A stretch of DNA of 40,583 nucleotides from an uncultured Stigonema sp. (GTDB lineage: Bacteria; Cyanobacteriota; Cyanobacteriia; Cyanobacteriales; Nostocaceae), in assembly GCA_964657905.1 (NCBI GenBank), contig CAZZXJ010000001.1, positions 1 through 40,583 on the forward strand, given 5' to 3'. The notes below the pieces were generated by a model. It worked only from the letters and a program-made list of their open reading frames with translations, did not search any database and was not told where the DNA came from. The position numbers were made by a program, and so were the translations under genes. Of the stretch, positions 20,201 through 27,875 are shown one piece after another (position 1 is the first letter of the stretch; every line of letters begins with the position of its first letter).

Positions 20201-20806
20201 AGAGATCAAGGCTTCGTAGACCACACTCAGCTCCCGATTGAATACTCCGAGCGACCAAGCGTCTGAGATAATGTGGTGCATGACAAACAGCAGTACATGC
20301 TCAGTGGGTGTCAGGCGCAACAACTTCACACGCAGCAACGGTAGCTCAGTCAGGTCAAACGCTTGCTGGGCTTCAACAGTAGCCAGGAAGCGGGCTGACT
20401 CCTGACGCTTTTCTTCAGGCAACTCAATTAGGTCGATGACTGGCATTGTCAACTCCAAGGAGTCAGCAATCCACTGAGTTGGCTGTGCATCAACTGTCTG
20501 GAAGCAGGTGCGCAAGCTTTCGTGGCGACGGATGATTTCATTCAGGCTGCGCGAAAGCGCCAACACATCCAACTGACCACTTAGACACAATCCAAAAGGT
20601 ATGTTGTATAAAGGATTCTCCGGCATCAGCTGGTCTAGGAACCACAAGCGTTGTTGGGCAAACGACAAAGGTAATAAGCCAGATTCTCTACGTTGAGGGG
20701 TTATTTCTTTGTTTTGTGAGTTTTCGTTTTTTTTGTTACGTAGTTTTAAGAGAAGTTCTAACTTCTCTGGAGACAAATCTGCTATTTGTTGAGAAATATT
20801 GCTCAA
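14240..20806 (-). CDS. Bimodular NRPS: C-A(Val-like)-T-C-A(Leu)-T
   Basis: 2188 aa. TTG start preceded by AGAGGA, 13 nt after the upstream stop. C1: nt 19382-20683 (HHIISDAWS). A1: nt 17798-19318 (YTSGSTGKPKG, NGYGPTENT, YKTGD, PLTPNGKVDR). The manually extracted 10-residue code DAFWLGGTFK is closest to published Val codes. T1: nt 17537-17755 (GGHSL). C2: nt 16172-17473 (HHIVSDGWS). A2: nt 14615-16108, code DAWFLGNVVK, the classical Leu code. T2: nt 14351-14569. The C-terminal tail is basic. No E or MT domains. Confidence 0.92.
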   Translation of the reverse strand: MSNISQQIADLSPEKLELLLKLRNKKNENSQNKEITPQRRESGLLPLSFAQQRLWFLDQLMPENPLYNIPFGLCLSGQLDVLALSRSLNEIIRRHESLRTCFQTVDAQPTQWIADSLELTMPVIDLIELPEEKRQESARFLATVEAQQAFDLTELPLLRVKLLRLTPTEHVLLFVMHHIISDAWSLGVFNRELSVVYEALISGKPSPLAELSIQYADFAVWQQSWLQQQAQREQLQYWQQQLADIPYLQLPTDYSRPPVQSFAGATQILELPQNLKQALEKLSKQQGVTLFMTMLAAFCVLLQRYTGQTDIVVGSPIANRNRSSCEGLIGFFVNTLVLRTDLGGNPSFSELLSRVREVALSAYAHQDLPFEKLVEELQPERHLSHNPLFQVMFAVQNAPMEDLQLKGLQLSRLELEYKTTRVDLEWHVWEHPQGLEVMVAYATDLFAHQTIQRMLGHFQTLLSGVVANPQASLKQLPLLSAVERHQILVDNDTKADYPKHLCIHQLFEAQVAQTPDAVAVVFKDEQLTYNELNIKANKIAHHLQSLGVGPEVLVGLCVERSLDMVVGLLGILKAGGAYVPLDLAYPLERLAYMLSDASVSVLLTQAKQQNKLPQHSARIVCLDSNWSEIARESEENPTRQVTPDNLAYVMYTSGSTGKPKGVSIIHRCVVRLVKETNYANFSVEEVFLQLAPISFDASTFEIWGSLLNGGRLVVMPPHTPSLQELAQALGQYQVTTLWLTAGLFHLMVDSQLQSLKNLRQLLAGGDVLSVPHVLKVLLELKGCTLINGYGPTENTTFTCCHAITDSTQLGNSVPIGRPIANTQVYLLDEKLQPVPVGVPGDLYIGGDGLARGYLNRPDLTAEKFISNPFSDNPSVNVAGRDSALRLYKTGDRARYNCDGNIEFLGRLDTQVKIRGFRIELGEIEAILTQHPDVEETVVIARENIPGDKQLLAYIVSSQETAPTISDLRRFLKDKLPEYMMPSAIVMLEALPLTPNGKVDRSALPSPEASRAQLITAFVAPRTPIEEILVNLWAEVLGLLQVGIHDNFFELGGHSLLATQLISRVRDVLQLELPLRYLFEAPTPSELSDRIAVAQGQTCVVESSAIVPVARNTNLPLSFAQQRLWFLDQLMPANPFYNMPFALRLVGQLDVLALQHSLNEIIRRHSSLRTWFQTVDQQPRQLIADFWELTLATIDLIELPEAKREEQVRQLARIEAAQPFHLTELPLLRVKLLRLAPTEHVLLLVMHHIVSDGWSIGVFNRELSVLYQAFVAGLPSPLPELSIQYADFADWQRHWLQQSAQTEQLRYWQQHLADIAYLQLPTDYPRPPVQSFAGAIEILELPLNLKQALVKLSQQQGVTLFMTLLAAFCVLLHRYTGQTDIVVGSAIANRNRSEIESLIGFFVNSLVLRTDLVGNPSFSELLTRVREVALSAYAHQDYPFEKLVEELQPDRHLSHNPLFQVVFALQNAPMEELQLKGLQLSQLELEYNTTHVDLEWHVLEHPQGLEVVVAYATDLFAPETIRRMLGHFQTLLFGVVADPQASLKQLPLLSAVERHQILVDNDTKADYPKHLCIHQLFEAQVAQTPDAVAVVFKDEQLTYNELNIKANKIAHHLQSLGVGPEVLVGLCVERSLEMVVGLLGILKAGGAYVPLDPAYPTERLAFMLEDASVSVLLTQQRLLPLPSLGVKVVCLDGGWEKSGDGCALQHCQQIENNPSSGACADNLAYVIYTSGTTGLPKGVMVQHRGLLNLVFWHQQAFAVSPQDRVTQIATVAFDACGWEIWPYLTAGATIHFPDEETRLDPLRLRDWLVSNAITMSFLPTPLAEKILLLEWPKQVALRTLLTGGDKLNQYPHASHPFVVVNNYGPTENTVVTTSGPVPVSKQAERLPTIGRPIGNTSVYLLDEHLQLVPIGVPGELYISGDGQARGYLNRPELTAEKFIPNPLTNQPGARLYKTGDRARYNRDGNIEYLGRIDHQVKIRGFRIELGEIEAYLSQHPAVRETVVIARDFGSDKRIVAYIVPHSQSALKIENLWEFLKQKLPEYMVPSAFVMLSALPLTPNGKIDRQTLPVPEGSHARLSTTYVAPQSQLEQSIATIWQRVLHLQKMGIHDNFFDLGGHSLLLAEVHSQLRSLLHKEVSIVELFKYPTIRSLANYLSQKQSEQSSFEQNHQRANKKKEVINRHKQHRLQKG

Positions 20807-20819
20807 GTGATTATCCTCT

Positions 20820-23800
20820 CTAATAAGTATTTTCGGCTTTTAGCATTGCTTTTACTTGGTCATCGTCAAGTTGTTCTAACTGCGCCAAGATATCGTCATC
20901 TATTTGCTCCGCTAGTCTTTGGACGATCGCACTAGCCAACTCAGCTACCGTTGGATTCTCAAACAAGCTACGCAGTGGCAACTCCAACTGAAACACATCT
21001 CCCACGCGGGACATCAGTTGGGTAGCCAGCAAAGAGTGTCCTCCCAACTCAAAGAAATTATCGTAAATACCCATTTGTGCAACGCTCAGCACTTGTTGCC
21101 AGATCAAGGCAAGCTGACGTTCAACTTCAGTTGTTGGCCCTACCCACTTGCTAGCGTCACGACCTGGAGTGCCCAGAGTCAGCAACTGCTCTCGGTCAAT
21201 TGCCCCTGTATCGGTGAGGGGCATTTCTTCAAGCTGGACAAAATCGCTCTTGCTCTTAGTCCCGAAGCGATCGCGCACCATCAACTCTGAGAAGCTAGCA
21301 AATGAGGAATCGTTGTTGCTAGCAGTGAAATAAGCAGTTAACTTCTGTATAGCATAACAATTGCTGTCGGTGTATCGTTGAATATTTCGATTGCTGCCAT
21401 CTAAACCCACAATCAGGTGTGCATGATTGCCAGACAAAGCAGCGAGCAAAGAATTTAATCCCTGCTGTTTTGAGATGATATAGTATCCCATAGCGCGAGC
21501 AGCATCGCGGGCATATTCGGGATTTCCCTGACTCATGCCCAAGTCATCCCACAGTGCCCAGTTAAAACAGTAGGTCTGTTGATGTAAATGATATCGCTGA
21601 TACAGAGAACAACAATCTAGAAAGCTATTAGCAGCAGAATACGCACTAAAGGTAGCCCCTCCAAATACACTATTTACTGAAGAGAAAGAAATAAATACTG
21701 CTTGAGAGTTATTCTTGATGAGTTGGTAGAGCGTCCACGTGCCATGAACCTTGGGTCGCAACATAGAATCGAAAGTCTCAGGAGTTGCCACCGTTACCCA
21801 GTGCTCGTCCATGACCTTCCAATGGTACTCTAAATTCCCCTCCCCTGCTAAATGAATAATCCCTGAAAGTGGTTCATTCCAAATTGACTCGGCGTCAGCA
21901 ACAACCTGAAGCAAACCATCAAGATTGCATATATCAACGGCTCTGTAAATAAACTCACCACCTGCCGCTTCAATTGCCAGGTAATTTTTGATCCGCTTAG
22001 CCAGAGGTGATTCCTGGTCAAGATGCTTCGACCATTCAGTTCTATCTGGCAACTCTGTTCGACCTACAGTAATCAGTTTTGCACCATACTCCTTAATCAA
22101 AAATTGGCACAGATATGTACCTATTCCACCCAATCCCCCTGTCACCAGATAAATTCCGCCTTGCTTGAGGGGAATATCCTGGGTTTGTTGCTGCAACATA
22201 TCTACTTTGGCAAGAGACGAGGAAAGACGCCGACCGTTACGATAGGCAATTTCCGAATCACTTCCGGCAATGCGGAGTTCTCGAAGAATATGCTCTGCAT
22301 TCACCTCCACAGACTGAATTTCTAAATCTATATGGCGACATTGCAACCAAGACAACTCTAGAGGAATTGTCTTTAAAAATCCGATAAGCGTAGATTTTTC
22401 ATAAGCAATCTTGTCGGCGCTTGAGGTGAACTGTGCATGGCTGGAAATCACTTGCAACTGGAGTGAATGCTCGGAACCTTGGACTTTAGCTAAAGCCTGT
22501 AGCAAAAACATTAGACTGTAAATTCCTTGCTGTTGAGCTTCGTCGATAGCTTCTAAGCTGGAAACTTCCCCAGCATAGTCGTTATAAGTCCATAGGTGCA
22601 GAATTTGGGTGATGCGAAAATTAGCGGCTTTTAGGGACTCTAGTAACAGCCGATAGTGGTCGGGTTGATGAGGATTAATGCAATAGCAATCGCGATTGAG
22701 TTGGGCAAATTTTAACCCTGCTTCAACAGTAATGTAGGGTTGATTCAGCCGATTGAGTTCTCTACAGATAAATTTTCCTAATCCTAAGCGATCCAAGAAA
22801 ACTAGGTAAGGACCTGTATGAAGGTGAGCAGTGTAGGTTGCTGCTTCTTTGGGACGCCAAATCTTGTGGTAAAACCAGTCGGGAAGAGTATTGGCATTGC
22901 CAGTATTAATGTCAAGCTGTTTGAGAATGTCGTTGAACTCACCAACTTCAAAGCGGTTTCTCAGATGCGATCGCTGGATTTTACCAATCGCGGTTTTGGG
23001 AATTGCTGACTTCTCTAGAGGAACCAGATAGTCTGGATTGATGCCAATGCTTTGAACAACTTGGCTGCGGATTTCTTTAATAAGATTGACAACCTCTGCC
23101 TCCGAGGCGACTGCGGGACTGAAAAAGATTGCTAATTTATCTGTATGGTCACTAGCACCCCGGACGGCTACGGCGGCGGTATATGAAACCTCGACACCAC
23201 TAAGCTCTTCTACTGTCGATTCAATTTCATGACTGTAGTAGTTGAGAGCGTTAATGATGATGACATCTTTCTGGCGACCAGTAATGGTCAGAGATCCCTG
23301 GTGTAGAAACCCTAAGTCCCCTGTATCAAACCAACCGTCAGAGGTCAAAACTTCCAGGTTGAGTTCTGGATTCTGATAGTAACCAGAGGTCACCGTCAGT
23401 CCTTTGACCTGTAGAGAACCAATCGTGTTTTCTTGAACTACCTGGTTTTTGGGATCGACAATCCGTAGGGAAACCCCTGGAATCGGCGCTCCCACGGAGA
23501 CAAACTTTTGCTCATCTGTCGTTGAGTCGAGGGAAAAGTTGTGGTCAAAAGTCACAGCCGAACTGGTTTCCGACATACCCCATGACGGGTGCATGGTAGT
23601 TGCACTCAGTCCATGAGGAGCTAGCAACTCCAAGAACTTTCTGGCATGTTTGGCAACAATCGCCTCGCCCGCATTCAAAATAAATCGCATCTGTGACAGA
23701 TCCCAACAACGCAAGCTGACCTCAGATGCCCGGTCGTTGATTAGCCCATAAGCAAAGTTAGGTGCCCAGGTAATTGTAGCTCGATAGCGCTCAATCCAAT

Positions 23801-26800
23801 CCAACCATAACAGCGGATCTTGTAGAACCAATTGGGTGGGAGCATGAATCTGTTGGCAACCGAGATAAACGTCGCGAACATGGAACATCACCAGACCGCC
23901 TACATGGTCGAGTGGAAACCAATTCAACGAGACATCAAGGCTGGTAAAATTATTGACTTGAGCGCTAGCTGCCGAACGGCTTAAAAGAGCACCATGGCTC
24001 TGCATCACCGCTTTGGGAATGCCTGTGCTGCCTGAAGTCAAAAGCAAAATCGCTAAATCTTCTGGCTGGCTGACATGCCAATTTTGGTCATCTTCACACC
24101 GACGCAAGTCCTCAAGCGTTGCTAATTGAAAGTTTTCTTTCTTCAATTGCTTTGACCAGGAATTAATCGCCTCTGCGGTGTGTGTACTTGTGAGTACTAT
24201 TGGTCGCCCCAGCATCAGCCAAGTATTCTCCAGCTTGCGAGTGGCACTGTTGTCTTCAGAGTAGGTCGGAGCGATGGCGATCGGTACTGGAACAAAGCCC
24301 CCCAGCACACAACCCCAAAAGGCAGGGATGAAATCTTGATTTTGCTCCAACTGGAAAATCACCTTGTCCTGTGGCTTCAAACCCAGCTTTCTTAATCCCG
24401 CTAGAATTCGCTGCGCTTCCCGTAGTAAATCCCCATAAGATTGATTGATCTGGCTGCCATCTGACTGGATGTAGACGATTCCTTTGGTTGGGCTGTGTTT
24501 GGCTGCCCGGTGTAGGGCTTGTGCTACAGTCATCGGGGCATCAGCAGGAAGCTGTAGTGGTTGACCATGACTGATGGCTGGCTTGTTTGACCCCGATTTC
24601 TCATTGAAAGCCTCCCCCAGTTCTGCTGTTGTTCCTGCAAGTAACTCGCTGGTTTCAAATGCGGTGGCTTGAGAATTAGGAAGCAAGTCTGATAGATGTA
24701 GCGGCGGCAGGCGAAACACCTGCTCAGTAACCACCACCGCCACCTGTTCAATCGAGGGCAGCGCTTGCAGTTGCTCTTCCCATTTTTGCACCAAGTCAGA
24801 TTCAATTACCTCAAGACTTGCCAAGGCTTGTTCGTCCACCTGTCCGGCTGGTGTTAACGGCACTTTAGACAACTGCACATAGGCACACGGTAGCATGTAA
24901 GCTGGCAGAAGGGTTTGCAAGTGGGATTGCAGCTGCTCTGGATTGAAGGCTCCGGATAAAACTACGTATGCAACCAGTTGCCAACCTGTAGCTTCTGTTT
25001 CCCGCACCAGCACCTTAGCATCCTCCACAGAAGGAGCCGCCAACAACGCTGCTTCGACCTCTTCAAGGTCTAAGCGGTTTCCTTTAATCCAAGTCTGCCG
25101 ATCGCAAGACCCTAGCAGTTCCAGTGTGCCATCGATTTGGCGGCGTCCTAACTCACCTGTCTTGAACAAACGAGCCTCTGTGGTTTGGCTGAAGGGATTT
25201 TTGACAAAGCGCTGCGCCGTCTCCAACTCAGCCTGGACGTAGCCCCGTGCCAAACCCGTGCCGCCAACATAGATTTCCCCCTTCACCCCTACTGGTACTG
25301 GTTGTAAGTACTGATCCAAAACGTAAACAGACCGATAAGTGGGATGACCTATGGGCAGGGTCTGTTGGATGCCGAGGGATTGACTAGCATTGCTAGTCAA
25401 CTCTCCTGCTGCCTCTGGTAGACTGTAAAGATTGTGTAACTCACACCTGAAATGCGCTCTGAACGTCTCGGCGACTGAGCGTCGCAACGGCTCGCCACTG
25501 CACAGCACCAAACGCAGCGAACTCAATTGCGCCTTTTTATCCCCACTACTAAAGGCAACAAAAGCTGACAGTGCGCTGGGGACTAAGCCAATTACGCTCA
25601 CCTTTTGACTGGATATCAGGCGCTGCAAGTCGGCGGCATCGTCAGGGCTGTTAGCATCTGCAATTATCAAACGTGCTCCAACAACTAGGGGCCAAAAGAT
25701 TTCCCTGACTGCTGTATCCTGAGCTAAAGAGGCTTGGTCCAACACTGCATCAGACTCACATAGGACAAAGGTCTTTTGCAGCCATTCCAGACGCTGACTT
25801 ACCCCGCAATGCTCTACTTGAACCCCTTGCCTCGACGAATAGATCACGTAAGCAAGGTTTTCAGGCGTTGCCCCATGCACGGGGTTTTCCTCGCTCTGCT
25901 GTGTAATTACTGAACGGTGTGACTCCCAGCAGATGACCTGCGCCTTGTGCTCTGGTAAACGCTCTACCAGATGCTGTTGGCTCAACAACACTGATGGCTT
26001 CGTTTGTGCCAATATCAACCGCAATCGCTCTTGGGGTAGTTGCGGGTCTAAGGGCACATATGCGCCTCCCGCCTTGAGAATGCCCAACAAACCCACTACC
26101 ATTTCCAGCGAACGTTCTACACAAATGCCAACCAAACTCTCCGCACTGATTCCCAGTTTTCGCAAGTAGTGCGCTATTTGATTGGCACGGGCGTTTAACT
26201 GCTGGTAGGTAAGTTGCTGGTTCTCAAAAACCACCGCTACCGCATTTGGATGGATTTGTACTTGCTCCTCAAATAGCTGATGGATACATTTGTTGTTTGG
26301 GAAATCATTATGGGTGCGAGTCCATTCCACCAACAGCTGATGCTGCTCTGTCTCAGTTAGCAGAGGTAATTCGCTAATGGGTTGGTCAGGATTGGCAACA
26401 ATTGCTGCAAGCAAAGTCTTGAAATGACTTGTCATCCTGGCAATGGTATTTGCCTCAAACAGGTCACTGCTATATTCCCACCAACCTATCAGTCCCTTTT
26501 TTGTCTCCCAAATCAACAAACTCAAATCGAACTGAGATGTTCCACGTTCTACCAGTTGGGGAGTCAGAGTAATATTGGGTAACTCCAATGTATCTAAGGA
26601 GAAATTCTCTAAGACAAACATTACTTGGAAAAGAGGATTATAGCTTAGAGAACGTTCTGGCTGTAATGCTTCTACGACTTGCTCATATGGAACATCTTGG
26701 TGAGCATAAGCGGACATTGCAACTTGCCGTACATCAGAGAGGAACTCAGAGAAACTGAGATTCCCTTTAATCTGGTTACGTAGCACCAGAGTGTTAACAA

Positions 26801-27875
26801 AAAAGCCAATAAGTGGCTCAATATCCCGGCGGTTACGGTTGGCAATCGGAGATCCAACACAAATATCATCTTGACCACTGTAACGATAGAGTAAAGTTAC
26901 GTAAGCCGCTAGTAGTGTATGAAACAAAGTAGTTCCTGACTTTTGGCTTAAGCTTTTGAGTTGCTCGGTCAAATTTGGGTCAAGTTGAAATTGCTTGCTA
27001 GCTCCTTGGTAAGTCTTAACTGGGGGGCGCGGTTTGTCTATGGGTAATTCTAACCAGGATGGAGCACCAGCTAAGTGTTGCTTCCAGTAGTTCAGTTGTT
27101 TTTCCAAGACTTTTCCAGTCAACCACTGTCGCTGCCAAACTGCAAAATCAGCGTACTGGATGGGCAAGTCGGGGAGGGGCAAAGGGTTGCGCTCAAGGAA
27201 AGCTCGATAAAGGGTAGACAACTCTTGGAAAAATATCCCCATTGACCAGCCATCTGTAATGATGTGGTGCATGGTCAATATCAGCACATGAGACTCTGAC
27301 CCCAGGTGCAGCAAAGTAACTCGCAACAAAGGACCCTTGCTCAAGTCAAAGGGTTGGCGAATCTCTTTGGTAACTATTTGTTGCACCTCTGCTTCTGGCA
27401 AACCCTGCAAATCCATCACTGGCATAGTAATTGTGAAGGTGGGAGCGATCGCCTGCACGGGTTTTCCATCGACTGCGGGAAATGTTGTCCGCAAACTTTC
27501 GTGGCGACGGATAATTTCGTTGATACTCTGTTCTAGAGCCGCTACATTCAGCGCACCCTGAAGGCGCAACTGGAAACTATCGTTGTAAAATGGGATCTGG
27601 CTTTCTAATTGATAGAGAAACCACATCCTCTGCTGGGCAAAAGATAAAGGCAACTCGACCGAACGCTCCACAGGCACTATTGGATTGGAATTGGAGTGTG
27701 TTGCACTCTTAGCTTCTTCTAGAAAGGCAAGGATTTCTGTTTTCCGCCCTAGCAGTTCCTTTTTTAGGTCTTGGTTCATCACTCCCAAGGGAGCGCGATA
27801 GCTTAGCTGATTGCCTTCAAGCCAAAGTTTTATCCCTAAACTATTCAAGTAAGACAAGAATTCTAACGTTGTCAT
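20820..27875 (-). CDS. Hybrid NRPS module: TubC_N-like docking, C, degenerate A (A*), FAAL-like acyl-AMP ligase, KR, T
   Basis: 2351 aa. The ATG directly abuts the upstream stop (TAG|ATG at 27873-27878). Docking domain: nt 27711-27875 (LEFLSYLNSLGIKLWLEGNQLSYRAP). C: nt 26376-27662 (HHIITDGWS). A*: nt 24816-26303 (see the separate feature). AL: nt 22941-24578 (LLLTSGSTGIPKAV, TWAPNFAY, WGMSETS, GWFDTGDLGF..GRQKDVIIINALNYY, IPKTAIGKIQR). KR: nt 21321-22913 (GGIYLVTGGLGGIG, IIHLAG, YSAANSFLD). A10-like remnant: nt 21180-21275 (VQLEEMPLTDTGAIDREQL). T: nt 20916-21140 (GGHSL). The C-terminal tail is acidic (DDDILAQLEQLDDDQ). Confidence 0.92.
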   Translation of the reverse strand: MTTLEFLSYLNSLGIKLWLEGNQLSYRAPLGVMNQDLKKELLGRKTEILAFLEEAKSATHSNSNPIVPVERSVELPLSFAQQRMWFLYQLESQIPFYNDSFQLRLQGALNVAALEQSINEIIRRHESLRTTFPAVDGKPVQAIAPTFTITMPVMDLQGLPEAEVQQIVTKEIRQPFDLSKGPLLRVTLLHLGSESHVLILTMHHIITDGWSMGIFFQELSTLYRAFLERNPLPLPDLPIQYADFAVWQRQWLTGKVLEKQLNYWKQHLAGAPSWLELPIDKPRPPVKTYQGASKQFQLDPNLTEQLKSLSQKSGTTLFHTLLAAYVTLLYRYSGQDDICVGSPIANRNRRDIEPLIGFFVNTLVLRNQIKGNLSFSEFLSDVRQVAMSAYAHQDVPYEQVVEALQPERSLSYNPLFQVMFVLENFSLDTLELPNITLTPQLVERGTSQFDLSLLIWETKKGLIGWWEYSSDLFEANTIARMTSHFKTLLAAIVANPDQPISELPLLTETEQHQLLVEWTRTHNDFPNNKCIHQLFEEQVQIHPNAVAVVFENQQLTYQQLNARANQIAHYLRKLGISAESLVGICVERSLEMVVGLLGILKAGGAYVPLDPQLPQERLRLILAQTKPSVLLSQQHLVERLPEHKAQVICWESHRSVITQQSEENPVHGATPENLAYVIYSSRQGVQVEHCGVSQRLEWLQKTFVLCESDAVLDQASLAQDTAVREIFWPLVVGARLIIADANSPDDAADLQRLISSQKVSVIGLVPSALSAFVAFSSGDKKAQLSSLRLVLCSGEPLRRSVAETFRAHFRCELHNLYSLPEAAGELTSNASQSLGIQQTLPIGHPTYRSVYVLDQYLQPVPVGVKGEIYVGGTGLARGYVQAELETAQRFVKNPFSQTTEARLFKTGELGRRQIDGTLELLGSCDRQTWIKGNRLDLEEVEAALLAAPSVEDAKVLVRETEATGWQLVAYVVLSGAFNPEQLQSHLQTLLPAYMLPCAYVQLSKVPLTPAGQVDEQALASLEVIESDLVQKWEEQLQALPSIEQVAVVVTEQVFRLPPLHLSDLLPNSQATAFETSELLAGTTAELGEAFNEKSGSNKPAISHGQPLQLPADAPMTVAQALHRAAKHSPTKGIVYIQSDGSQINQSYGDLLREAQRILAGLRKLGLKPQDKVIFQLEQNQDFIPAFWGCVLGGFVPVPIAIAPTYSEDNSATRKLENTWLMLGRPIVLTSTHTAEAINSWSKQLKKENFQLATLEDLRRCEDDQNWHVSQPEDLAILLLTSGSTGIPKAVMQSHGALLSRSAASAQVNNFTSLDVSLNWFPLDHVGGLVMFHVRDVYLGCQQIHAPTQLVLQDPLLWLDWIERYRATITWAPNFAYGLINDRASEVSLRCWDLSQMRFILNAGEAIVAKHARKFLELLAPHGLSATTMHPSWGMSETSSAVTFDHNFSLDSTTDEQKFVSVGAPIPGVSLRIVDPKNQVVQENTIGSLQVKGLTVTSGYYQNPELNLEVLTSDGWFDTGDLGFLHQGSLTITGRQKDVIIINALNYYSHEIESTVEELSGVEVSYTAAVAVRGASDHTDKLAIFFSPAVASEAEVVNLIKEIRSQVVQSIGINPDYLVPLEKSAIPKTAIGKIQRSHLRNRFEVGEFNDILKQLDINTGNANTLPDWFYHKIWRPKEAATYTAHLHTGPYLVFLDRLGLGKFICRELNRLNQPYITVEAGLKFAQLNRDCYCINPHQPDHYRLLLESLKAANFRITQILHLWTYNDYAGEVSSLEAIDEAQQQGIYSLMFLLQALAKVQGSEHSLQLQVISSHAQFTSSADKIAYEKSTLIGFLKTIPLELSWLQCRHIDLEIQSVEVNAEHILRELRIAGSDSEIAYRNGRRLSSSLAKVDMLQQQTQDIPLKQGGIYLVTGGLGGIGTYLCQFLIKEYGAKLITVGRTELPDRTEWSKHLDQESPLAKRIKNYLAIEAAGGEFIYRAVDICNLDGLLQVVADAESIWNEPLSGIIHLAGEGNLEYHWKVMDEHWVTVATPETFDSMLRPKVHGTWTLYQLIKNNSQAVFISFSSVNSVFGGATFSAYSAANSFLDCCSLYQRYHLHQQTYCFNWALWDDLGMSQGNPEYARDAARAMGYYIISKQQGLNSLLAALSGNHAHLIVGLDGSNRNIQRYTDSNCYAIQKLTAYFTASNNDSSFASFSELMVRDRFGTKSKSDFVQLEEMPLTDTGAIDREQLLTLGTPGRDASKWVGPTTEVERQLALIWQQVLSVAQMGIYDNFFELGGHSLLATQLMSRVGDVFQLELPLRSLFENPTVAELASAIVQRLAEQIDDDILAQLEQLDDDQVKAMLKAENTY
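21321..24578 (-). other. AL-KR cassette, copy 2
   Basis: See the motifs listed for CDS 20820..27875. The cassette lies between the A10-like PLTPAGQVDE and the A10-like PLTDTGAIDRE. Confidence 0.8.
24816..26303 (-). other. Catalytically degenerate canonical adenylation domain (A*)
   Basis: A1/A2 are intact (LTYQQLNARAN, LKAGGAYVPLD). A3 reads LAYVIYSSRQGVQVEH, so the GSTGxPKG P-loop is deleted. A5 reads NLYSLPEAAG rather than NxYGPTE. A7 reads FKTGELGRR rather than Y[RK]TGD. A8 reads WIKGNRLDLEEVE. A10 reads PLTPAGQVDE, with Gln in place of the invariant Lys. Confidence 0.8.

Noticed and set aside
16765-20241. Plus-strand ORFs antisense to the NRPS genes (for example 16765..17034 and 19972..20241, which have near-identical translations), plus the many other 60-120-aa antisense or out-of-frame ORFs inside 3284-32357
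   Set aside because: They are shadow ORFs of long coding regions. Their pairwise similarity simply mirrors the module duplications on the coding strand.
14240-20806. Epimerisation, N-methyltransferase, heterocyclisation or oxidase domains in the bimodular NRPS
   Set aside because: Domain lengths and motif order account for the whole protein as C-A-T-C-A-T. There is no second HHxxxDG after a T domain and no SAM-binding motif.
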